A stretch of 64,000 nt of DNA, from the NCBI GenBank assembly GCA_048887165.1, contig JBHLJZ010000006.1, positions 8,210 to 72,209 of the forward strand, written 5' to 3'. Below the pieces are notes generated by a model. The model searched no databases. It saw nothing but the letters and a program-made list of their open reading frames with translations, and was not told where the DNA came from. Source of the stretch: Candidatus Hodarchaeota archaeon. Its GTDB lineage: Archaea; Asgardarchaeota; Lokiarchaeia; Sigyniarchaeales; SOKP01. The position numbers and the translations under genes are program-made. This document shows positions 36,844-45,243 of the stretch, piece by piece (the first letter of the stretch is position 1; each line of letters opens with the position of its first letter).

Positions 36844-39800
36844 TATTCAGTATCTCCTCCATTTTTAATTAATTTATCCTTCCTTTTTGACATTTTAATC
36901 CTCATATCCTTTACTCCATAAACATCATCTAAAGAAAGACCTAACTCTTTCCATTCCTCTCCGAATAATTTTATCAAAGTCTCATCTTTCGAAGGAATAG
37001 AAATAGTTTCAGTTATAGGCTTTTTAGATTTTATATAGCCTTTCACTTTCCTGATCTTCTTAATATGTTTTGGAATTCGAGCTTGTTGAATTACTCTGTA
37101 TCCTACAAGACTACCAACAATACCTAAGGATCCAGCAACTATCAAAATGAAATAAAATGTAGGCATTCCAGGAAATACTTCTTTCATCTTTATTGTTATG
37201 GTGATATCGATTTCCTGAGTAGTAAAATTCGCTTTTTGAGCAAAGATTGTTCCTGGAAAAGTTTGTGAAATGAAGAAAGCTTGAATTTCATCAGTCTCAA
37301 AATTTAGTGTATAAGTACCAGGTGATTGTTCCTCGAAATAATAATCAATTTCTTGAGCGCGTAAAAAGACTGTAGCGTTTTCAAGAGGTATATATCCTCT
37401 AGATTCATCCATTAAATTGATTGTAATTTCGATATCATTTCCCTGAACGGCGCTAACTTGCTTTCCTTTAATATTAGTGGCATCAAGAGTATAATCAATC
37501 TCTCGATACCTAATTTCTAAATTAATAAGAGCAAATCTAGATTCGTAATTATTCTTTTGGAGATTGATATACAGAAAATAGAATCCAACACTCCTTATTT
37601 CAGTATTGAAATCCAATGAATAAGTTTTGTCTGCTTTTTGACTTAATATTCCAGAGCCATCAATTCCGGGGATAATTGATCCATTCGAATATAATTTTTG
37701 CCATGTATAAGAAGCAATATCTAAATCTCCAAGTATTTGACCACCTAATAACGTATCAGCATAGGAATAAGTAAAGTTTATTTCATCCTCAACCCATATC
37801 CAAGGGTTAGAATATGCGATAAATGAACTTCCATTTATAGTTGTTGGTCTCTCTAGAACTTCAAGAAATGTGTTAATTGTCTTTGATGTATAATTTTCTT
37901 TCAAGGCTGTTATTGTGATTGGATACTTACCAACATTTATCGCTAAACTTGTATTAATAGTACAGTAATAATAGTTATCATCAATAGGATCTTCAATAAA
38001 ATAAATGAGTGGTTGAGTAAGCCAATCAAATGTAATTGTTGCTCCATCTAATTTACTATCTGGAGGTACATAATATCTAACTGTAATATTAATGATTTCA
38101 CTAAACTCTTTTTCTAGTTCTGATATTTGTAGATGTGTAGCATAATCGTATAAATCTAGACTTGTTGCTGTAGCATTCACTCTTACCTGGTGATAATAAG
38201 GTTCTGGAGATTCATATCCTGGTACTAAGCCATCAATTATAAACCAGTAGTTTTTATAATTATTTCCAGCAGATAATTTACTTGAATTAATAGTAAGAGA
38301 ATAATTCATTAAAGTAAGGCCTTCATAATTTGCTGTTAAATCTACTATTAATACTGTTTGACCAGTATCCCAATCTTCTATATAACATGTAAAGAATCCT
38401 TCATCAGGCACTAAGTACCAATTAGTTCCATCGTCAGAATATGATATATTAATAGTTATATGTAAATCTCCAATACCCCATATTGCTTGCGAAATTTCAG
38501 CAATTATATCTATCTGAGTTTCTAATGTAGGTGGTGGGGGAGTTGCTTCATAATCAAGTATAATAGATGAATTTTGGTTCAATGTGTAATTATATTCAGA
38601 AACTTCTCCAAGAGGTTCCCATTGTTTTGGAGATGTGTTATTTACTGTAAAGTTAGCTGCAACTCCAATTCTCCTAAGTGTTATATTATAACTAAATCCA
38701 ATTCGAAATATAAAAGGTTCATATTCAGTATCGCTATGAGACGCCCAGCCATCGTTGTTTGTAGTTAAAGTTGTGATAATTGTTGTACCATTCCAGATTC
38801 TTACACTAACAAAAGGAACGGGATTATATGAATCATCATCATCAATAACCCTTACATTCATTTTAGATAAAGCTGTTTTGTTATAGATGTTAGTTAATTC
38901 TGTAGTATTGATCTTTATTATACCTGTATGAGCTCCAGCATTATAACCTTGAACATCAACTAATATACCATAAACTTCGTAATTCTCTCCCTTTAATTTA
39001 TCATTATCAACTGTTCCAATATCGATAGATTTAAAATATGATGTGCCTGACATAGATAGATTTTGATAAATTATATTCCCTGATGTTTGATTATATTTGT
39101 CAATATAGTAAATTGTCATATTATCAATCTGTTGATCCATCGATTCCAACGTTATATTAAAATTAATCAGCTTCTTATTGCTAAAATCACTCATCGATCC
39201 TCCGGTGTAAATACGTTCATTAACTTTATAATAATCTCCAGGATCTTGGTCGTAAATATTTAGGGATAATGAATGGTCAAAATACTTATCATATTGGGTG
39301 TAGTCAGATCGGTAAATGTAGCTTGAATTCAAAAGAAAATCATTAACATTATATCTTGTGTTATAGAAGAAAACCTCATAATAGTAAAATGATGCATTAT
39401 TCCATCGAAATCTTGCTGTACCATTAACTAGTGATATCTGCTTTAATAGAGTACCTCCACTATCATTGTAGACCTTCACGTATCCATCATCAAAAAGATC
39501 ATCATCCCAATCTACTATTTCAAAATCAATTGTCCAAATGTCCAGATATAAATCATATATATGGGATAATTCAGATACATTGTATAAATTCCAACTAGAT
39601 GTTCCAAAATTATCTCTTGTACTATTGAATACTTCATCTTCATAACTAGGGATAAAAGTATAATTCACAGAGAAGTTATATATGCCAAAATTTAAACCAG
39701 TAAAGATTGTTTGACCTGTTTGATCAGTAGTTTGCTTTTTTATTAATGTTGTATCCTGCATTAATGAAACTTCGGCATTTGGAACAATCATACCATCAAT

Positions 39801-41174
39801 ATCCCGAGCTATAACAGTAATATCGGATTTTTGTGTCTGTATCTCATTTAATTCAACTGTTATATCATCACTATAAGTGAATTCAACATCATCAACTTGG
39901 ACAAAAGCAGTATCATAATTACCCACAGTATTTTCATCACCATACATTCCAAATTCTAATGAAATGTTTTGACCCATATAATTACTTAGATCAAATGTTA
40001 CTAAACCTGTTAAATCACCTTGGGATGTATCAAAAGTTCCTGTTATTATACCAGTAGTGTAATTTTGTAATGAATAATAACCTTTATTATTATGAGTAAT
40101 TCCCTTAAAATATTCTAAATACTCACCAATTTGTTGATGTTGATCTGGATCGACGAATAGATTGGAAGCATTAATTACTCGAACAAAATATCCATCATTC
40201 CAAGCCTTAGATGAACTCCCATCAAATCCCCAAGTTTTAACGTTCTGCCAGAATCTTATATAAATACTCCCACTACCATCATTAACAATTGGAACGGTAA
40301 ACGGGTTGGTATAAAAAACTCCAGCATATTGATCGTCGTTACCCACACTTTCAGTTATTGAAGTTTGATTCGAACCCCATTTATAAGTATATGTTCCTCT
40401 TACTTGTTCTACGCCTCCAGGTACGTCAATTAAACAATTTTGCCACCATTCAGTTGCTTGATCTTCAGTTTGTGAATCTTCTCCCACATCTGGAGGTCTG
40501 GGTGCAATATCATCAGGTACATCATCAGACCAATTCCATCCTACTGGATTATAATAGTGAGGTGTTATTGACGGATCACCAGTTGGATCGTCCCCACTCG
40601 GCACATATTCGAAGTCCCCATTTTTTACTAATCCAATACCATACTCAACTGCAGTAGTCTCAACATCCATATTTCCATAGTATAAATATACATCAGTTTC
40701 GGTATTACTAGAGGCAGAAAGATTTGTATTGAAATATATTGCTGCGTCGCCTATTGAATAATCTTCACCATTGAAATCTTGAAAAATGTAAAACTCTCTT
40801 TCAATCGGTTCATTATTGATATATTCTATGACTCTTATATCTTTTAAAGTATCATTTACTTTACCTTGATATTCAGGATCTCCATAAGGAAGATTTACAA
40901 CAACTCCATAATTTTTTAGGTCTACACCAGCTAGATTTGTTATATTTACTAGTGACCTATAAGGCCAATCAGAATCCCACCATGGATGATCACCAGCAAT
41001 ACTTGATCTAGGATTTAATATTGTATCATCAAACTCATTCTCACCTATAGGATTCAACTCAAAGAGAAATGGAGCTAAACTATAGTAAATGCTCCCAGAA
41101 GTTATCGCTATTAATATAACCGACAGTGAAAGTAGTTTTGTAATCTTTTTTTTTCTATTCATAGTTTCTATCAC
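36843..41174 (-). CDS. Cassette B, gene 1: giant type-I surface glycoprotein (DUF2341-like, carboxypeptidase-regulatory-like and Ig-like beta domains) with the conserved TM + cytoplasmic tail module
   Basis: 1443 aa from the GTG at 41174; ATG at 41162 is more likely (MNRKKKITKLLSLSVILIAITSG, a signal/anchor). WWDSDWPYRSLVNITN...DIRVIEY...VYLYYGN resembles DUF2341. DITVIARDIDGMIVPNAEVSL...TDQTGQTIFTGLNFGIYNF resembles a CarboxypepD_reg fold. There are dozens of NxS/T sequons. The C-terminal TM is FYFILIVAGSLGIVGSLVGY, followed by the basic tail. Confidence 0.6.
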   Translation of the reverse strand: MIETMNRKKKITKLLSLSVILIAITSGSIYYSLAPFLFELNPIGENEFDDTILNPRSSIAGDHPWWDSDWPYRSLVNITNLAGVDLKNYGVVVNLPYGDPEYQGKVNDTLKDIRVIEYINNEPIEREFYIFQDFNGEDYSIGDAAIYFNTNLSASSNTETDVYLYYGNMDVETTAVEYGIGLVKNGDFEYVPSGDDPTGDPSITPHYYNPVGWNWSDDVPDDIAPRPPDVGEDSQTEDQATEWWQNCLIDVPGGVEQVRGTYTYKWGSNQTSITESVGNDDQYAGVFYTNPFTVPIVNDGSGSIYIRFWQNVKTWGFDGSSSKAWNDGYFVRVINASNLFVDPDQHQQIGEYLEYFKGITHNNKGYYSLQNYTTGIITGTFDTSQGDLTGLVTFDLSNYMGQNISLEFGMYGDENTVGNYDTAFVQVDDVEFTYSDDITVELNEIQTQKSDITVIARDIDGMIVPNAEVSLMQDTTLIKKQTTDQTGQTIFTGLNFGIYNFSVNYTFIPSYEDEVFNSTRDNFGTSSWNLYNVSELSHIYDLYLDIWTIDFEIVDWDDDLFDDGYVKVYNDSGGTLLKQISLVNGTARFRWNNASFYYYEVFFYNTRYNVNDFLLNSSYIYRSDYTQYDKYFDHSLSLNIYDQDPGDYYKVNERIYTGGSMSDFSNKKLINFNITLESMDQQIDNMTIYYIDKYNQTSGNIIYQNLSMSGTSYFKSIDIGTVDNDKLKGENYEVYGILVDVQGYNAGAHTGIIKINTTELTNIYNKTALSKMNVRVIDDDDSYNPVPFVSVRIWNGTTIITTLTTNNDGWASHSDTEYEPFIFRIGFSYNITLRRIGVAANFTVNNTSPKQWEPLGEVSEYNYTLNQNSSIILDYEATPPPPTLETQIDIIAEISQAIWGIGDLHITINISYSDDGTNWYLVPDEGFFTCYIEDWDTGQTVLIVDLTANYEGLTLMNYSLTINSSKLSAGNNYKNYWFIIDGLVPGYESPEPYYHQVRVNATATSLDLYDYATHLQISELEKEFSEIINITVRYYVPPDSKLDGATITFDWLTQPLIYFIEDPIDDNYYYCTINTSLAINVGKYPITITALKENYTSKTINTFLEVLERPTTINGSSFIAYSNPWIWVEDEINFTYSYADTLLGGQILGDLDIASYTWQKLYSNGSIIPGIDGSGILSQKADKTYSLDFNTEIRSVGFYFLYINLQKNNYESRFALINLEIRYREIDYTLDATNIKGKQVSAVQGNDIEITINLMDESRGYIPLENATVFLRAQEIDYYFEEQSPGTYTLNFETDEIQAFFISQTFPGTIFAQKANFTTQEIDITITIKMKEVFPGMPTFYFILIVAGSLGIVGSLVGYRVIQQARIPKHIKKIRKVKGYIKSKKPITETISIPSKDETLIKLFGEEWKELGLSLDDVYGVKDMRIKMSKRKDKLIKNGGDTE

Positions 41175-41357
41175 TTTTATAAAATGTTTTCAATTTGATT
41201 CTTTTTTTTTTTAAAAATTTTTTTAAAAATATTTTAAGAATGTTGTAACCACATAGTATAAAATGTGTTATTTAAATACTTATAAAAGGAAAAGCTATCA
41301 ATCTCATAAAAAAGTAAAATATTAACTTTACAACTAAAACACTTTTTATATCAATAT

Positions 41358-41987
41358 TCACTTTTTTAGTAATAAAAAAATCTTACGCTTTTTAGGGCTA
41401 TTCGGATTATCAATTATTAAGTTTCCTTTAAAATTAGTATTATTTATGATAATTTTACTCAAATTATCTAATATCTCTTTACTTTTCGGATAAAATTGAA
41501 TTATAGCCTTGGTATTAGGTCTAAGAATTCGAAAAAAGGACTTAGCTAAATCTATCATTTTATTCTTCATAATTTCATCATTTGAATCTCTATATATCCA
41601 TTGTAACGCTGAAATTGAAATAATAGCATCAAAAGAATTAGGCTTAAAAGGAGAAAAACACATATCTGCTGTTATAGGGTTTAATTCTTTAATATCATAG
41701 AAATATAGGAATCTTGGAATAAGATCGAGTGCCACAGTCTTAAATCCTTGTTCATTTAAATAAATTGTTGTAAATCCAGGACCACAACCAGCATCCAATA
41801 TTAAAGAATCTTTTTTTTTGAGATCCAAGATTTCAAGAGCTCTTATTGTAATTCTTTCTTGGATCTTCATCATATTTTTTGATTTTGCGTATCTGGAAAG
41901 AGTTTCTTCATCATAATAGTCTGTGACTTTATTAAACAATTCCTCTGGTCGTTTTCTTTTTATATTAAAATCATAATTGTTATTCAA
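41358..41987 (-). CDS. BUD23/WBSCR22-like class I SAM-dependent methyltransferase (putative SSU rRNA m7G methyltransferase)
   Basis: 209 aa. PEELF...YDEE...Y......IQERITIRALEILDL...LILDAGCGPGF, PFKPNSFDAIISISALQWI, IIQFYP and the C-terminal IIDNPNSPKKRKIFLLL are collinear with my recollection of eukaryotic BUD23. Confidence 0.65.
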   Translation of the reverse strand: MNNNYDFNIKRKRPEELFNKVTDYYDEETLSRYAKSKNMMKIQERITIRALEILDLKKKDSLILDAGCGPGFTTIYLNEQGFKTVALDLIPRFLYFYDIKELNPITADMCFSPFKPNSFDAIISISALQWIYRDSNDEIMKNKMIDLAKSFFRILRPNTKAIIQFYPKSKEILDNLSKIIINNTNFKGNLIIDNPNSPKKRKIFLLLKK

Positions 41988-42142
41988 ATTACTTATACCA
42001 ATTTTATTTAAACCAAATAATTCTTATTGTATAAACAAATCATAATTCTAATCATAAATCAAAAATTTTATTAAATTTTAAATATTTACTATTTTATCAA
42101 GCTTTCAATTCTAATTGGTTTTAATTTAAAATGTGATAAGCA

Positions 42143-42442
42143 TTGTCTGAAAAAGAAGAAAAATTAATGGTAAGAAAAGCTACATTAAATTTAAGGAGAA
42201 AATATGGAAGAACTAAGCAAATTGATATTGTAGAACGTGATGCTTTTATTCCTAGTGCTTTAGAAAAAGAAATAAGAGAATCAATTACTAAGAAGAAATC
42301 AATTCTCGCATCAGACATTGCCTTAAAATATGATATTAGAATCTCTACTGCTAATAACTTACTGAAGCAATACGCTGAAGAAGGATTGATAAAACTTCTT
42401 GATCCTTCCCTAAAGGTAAAAATTTACGTTCCTAATTCTTGA
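42143..42442 (+). CDS. rps25e: Ribosomal protein eS25 (S25e)
   Basis: About 91-99 aa (TTG at 42143 or ATG at 42167). It has a basic N-terminus and a winged helix, ILASDIALKYDIRISTANNLLKQYAEEGLIKLL, as in archaeal S25e. Confidence 0.7.
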   Translation: MSEKEEKLMVRKATLNLRRKYGRTKQIDIVERDAFIPSALEKEIRESITKKKSILASDIALKYDIRISTANNLLKQYAEEGLIKLLDPSLKVKIYVPNS

Positions 42443-42563
42443 GTTTTTAATTTTTAAAGAAAAATTGGTTTATTTTATTTTTAATTTAGACTAAATCCTA
42501 TAGGTAAAAAATTTATATTTTTTATCATTTATCCATAGTAGATATAGTATTAAAATATCTAAA

Positions 42564-42667
42564 GCAGATGTAGCCTAGATGGTAAGACGCCGGCCTCGAG
42601 TGTTCTTAAATGTACCTAGAGAGCCGGTGCGTGTAAGCGCGCGGGGGTTCGAGTCCCTCCATCTGCG
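42564..42667 (+). tRNA. tRNA-Ser (anticodon CGA) with a 21-nt intron at the canonical 37/38 position
   Basis: Cloverleaf drawn by hand. Acceptor stem GCAGATG / CATCTGC (42564-70 / 42660-66), discriminator G42667. D-loop GG at 42581-82. Anticodon stem CCGGC / GCCGG (42590-94 / 42623-27). The loop CTCGAG|A carries anticodon CGA at 42597-99, with the insertion at 42601-42621. There is a ~15-nt variable arm (class II) and the T-arm GGGGG-TTCGAGT-CCCTC. No CCA is encoded. The region stands out as a G+C-rich island. Confidence 0.85.
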
Positions 42668-42699
42668 CTAATTAATTTTTATAACTTGGTGATTTATTA

Positions 42700-43785
42700 A
42701 TGGCACAAAATTTAATTGTTTTAGGAGAACTCCATCAAGATTTATATTATGAAACTGATTTTTATGAGGATCTAGTAGAAAAAATTGTTTCTAATATTAC
42801 AAACTTTGTAAGATACAATCCTGATGATATAAGTAAAAAAATTCTTGAAAAATTGGTGCAAAGAGGATTCTCAGATACTCCAAAAAAAATTGAAGGCCGC
42901 TGTTTTTTCAAAAGAGGAGGTAATGGAAATAACTCTTCTGAATATTTTGCAAGTTTGGGAGTTCCAACTAAACTTATATCTGTGATTGGAAGGGGAAGTG
43001 AATGGATGATTGATGAACTGAAGGAACTAGGGATAAATACTGACTCAATATTTCAGATAGATGAAATAACACCTGTAAGTACCATTATTAAATCAAAATT
43101 TACTACAAAAATACATTTAGCTCCAAACCTAAAAGAAAAGATGAATTTTGATGGATTGAATATATCTAATGGATTATTGGATAATGCAAAGTTAATATTT
43201 TCAACTCCTATAGCACAAAAATTTATAAATTTATTTAATAGAGGTGCAAATTCTGGATTAATTACCGCCTTTAATATTGAAAGACAAAAAATTCATACTT
43301 TAGAAGAACTCTCAGAATTAATTAAGGAGAAAAAACATTTATCTTTTCTTAATGTAAAAGATGCCTATCGAATTTTAGATAAAAAACTTTCAATAGATGA
43401 AGTAGATGAAATCTTTAAACAATTTGCACAAATCCGAATTTATACTGCAGGGAAAGATGGCTCCTATGTGTTTACAGACTATCTGAAGATTTTTTATCCC
43501 GGGATAGAAGTAGAAGCAATAATTGATAGAACGGGTGCAGGCGATTGCTATGCTGCGGGTTTTTTAACTAAATTATATGAACTTGTCGAAGATAAAAATC
43601 ATTTAGAACAATTACTTAAAAAGGAAAAATTAGAAATAACTAAGAAAATTCTAACTTCATGTATTGAATACAGTACTCATGCAGCAATATATAAAATAAC
43701 TAAACAAACTACTCCAACCAAAATTGAAATGGATAATTTTATTAAAACTTTTAAAATTAAGAATAAATTAAATGTTATTGAATAA
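42700..43785 (+). CDS. PfkB-family carbohydrate/nucleoside kinase
   Basis: 361 aa with GGNGNNSS (GG motif region) and the C-terminal IDRTGAGDCYAAGF (DxxGAGD motif). Confidence 0.75.
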   Translation: MAQNLIVLGELHQDLYYETDFYEDLVEKIVSNITNFVRYNPDDISKKILEKLVQRGFSDTPKKIEGRCFFKRGGNGNNSSEYFASLGVPTKLISVIGRGSEWMIDELKELGINTDSIFQIDEITPVSTIIKSKFTTKIHLAPNLKEKMNFDGLNISNGLLDNAKLIFSTPIAQKFINLFNRGANSGLITAFNIERQKIHTLEELSELIKEKKHLSFLNVKDAYRILDKKLSIDEVDEIFKQFAQIRIYTAGKDGSYVFTDYLKIFYPGIEVEAIIDRTGAGDCYAAGFLTKLYELVEDKNHLEQLLKKEKLEITKKILTSCIEYSTHAAIYKITKQTTPTKIEMDNFIKTFKIKNKLNVIE

Positions 43786-44707
43786 TCTGTAAGATAAGAT
43801 TCTCCATTTGGGGTTTTGCAGCTTCAATCTTATCTAATACTTCAACAGTCTGTCCTAAATCTTCTTCATTTTCTTCAATTATGAATAATAAGTAGAAATC
43901 TAAATTTCCAAACTTTAGAACCTCAACTACACCAGAATATCTGTCTCCATTTTCAAACTTATCAGAAAATTCAAATAATGTCCTATTTTCATCAATTATT
44001 TTCTTTTGAGCTTCCAAATATTTATCATAAATTCTCATTTTTTCGGTAAGATGCAGATGAGGGCGGTAAAATTCTCCAATTGTTATTCCTTTTACATCAA
44101 ACAATGAAATCATAATAGCATTGTAATTTTTACTTATTTCAGCAAATAATTGTGATACCATCTCTATTTTGTCAAACAGTAAAGAAAGCCCACTTGAAAA
44201 TGCATCCATTACAGATTTAATGTCATATATAGTTGTTTCAAAGAAAAAAATATCAAAATCATGACTATATCGTGTTAAAGCTTGCTTAATTGTCAAAATT
44301 CTCTGATTTATAACTCTATCTTTAACAAGTTGGGGATCAAATTTGTGGAACAATATACAAATCGGAGGATATTCTTGCTCTTCTTTAAAGTAAAGTAATA
44401 ATCGATCAATATAATCTATAGATTCAACATATCGATCGAAATCTTGTGCATCAATGACATAAAAAACTAAATCTGTTCCTGCAATATACTTATTAGGCTT
44501 TTTTAAGTATTCTTCTCTATATTGCGATTGACCTCCAAAATCCATCCTTACAAACTCAACACCTAAAAATTTAAAGGCGTCTCGAGCAACTTTTCTTGTT
44601 GGCATTAATTTCGAGACTTCCTCTTCAAATCCAAATCTTTTTGTGATAACAGTAATTATACTAGTTTTACCTGCATTATCTAATCCTAAGAAAGCAATTT
44701 TTTGCAA
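43775..44707 (-). CDS. Rag/Gtr1-family GTPase (G domain + C-terminal roadblock domain)
   Basis: 310 aa. G-domain motifs are G1 GLDNAGKTS, G3 DFGGQSQY and a Rag-type G4 HKFD (ICILFHKFDP, compared with RagA CLVHKMDL). TTIYDIKSVMDAFSSGLSLL is collinear with RagA [19 protein letters not shown]. The C-terminal ~130 aa alpha/beta domain has the size of the Rag roadblock dimerisation domain. Confidence 0.8.
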   Translation of the reverse strand: MQKIAFLGLDNAGKTSIITVITKRFGFEEEVSKLMPTRKVARDAFKFLGVEFVRMDFGGQSQYREEYLKKPNKYIAGTDLVFYVIDAQDFDRYVESIDYIDRLLLYFKEEQEYPPICILFHKFDPQLVKDRVINQRILTIKQALTRYSHDFDIFFFETTIYDIKSVMDAFSSGLSLLFDKIEMVSQLFAEISKNYNAIMISLFDVKGITIGEFYRPHLHLTEKMRIYDKYLEAQKKIIDENRTLFEFSDKFENGDRYSGVVEVLKFGNLDFYLLFIIEENEEDLGQTVEVLDKIEAAKPQMENLILQIIQ

Positions 44708-44856
44708 TTAAATACATCACCAAAGTAACCGGATAAATGATTCCTAATTATATAATCTGCAAATTAATTATGGCACTATGGACTAATAAATACTTACATT
44801 TCTTGGGAAAAAAGGGATCTTTTTATAATAAGTTCTAATAATTAAAACGATACAGA

Positions 44857-45138
44857 TTAACCGCCTGAAATTGGAAATGATAAATAAATTTTATCTCCAT
44901 CAGTAAGTTTTGTTTTGTAATTTTTTAAATAAGTAATATTTCTACCATTTAACAAAATTACCATCTGAGGATTTAACTTTGTCTTATTTTTGTTCAATAT
45001 ACTATCATCCAAATTTTCTTTATAATCTTTAAGAAATTGTGATATAATATCTCCAACCGTCTTACCTTCATATTCAATAGTATTTTTCTTAACTTTCAAC
45101 GCAAATATATTCAGAAGATTTAATTCGACTCTTGCCAT
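44857..45138 (-). CDS. MoaD/ThiS/SAMP-type ubiquitin-like beta-grasp protein with a C-terminal Gly-Gly
   Basis: 93 aa ending in ILLNGRNITYLKNYKTKLTDGDKIYLSFPISGG. The pattern (vN......L.dGDei...PpvsGG) is characteristic of sulfur-carrier/Ubl proteins. Confidence 0.8.
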   Translation of the reverse strand: MARVELNLLNIFALKVKKNTIEYEGKTVGDIISQFLKDYKENLDDSILNKNKTKLNPQMVILLNGRNITYLKNYKTKLTDGDKIYLSFPISGG

Positions 45139-45243
45139 ATTATTTCACTTCACTAAAGCGTAATTTAGATTTTTATAATCTTCATTTCATATAAAAAATA
45201 GCTTACTTTTAAGTTTAATTTTAATATTAGATAAGATATATTG

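Noticed and set aside
42443-42700. The tRNA-Ser as an integration site for a mobile element or genomic island
   Set aside because: There is no integrase, no direct repeat of the tRNA 3' end, and no compositional shift on either side. The flanking genes (eS25, PfkB kinase) look like ordinary chromosomal genes.
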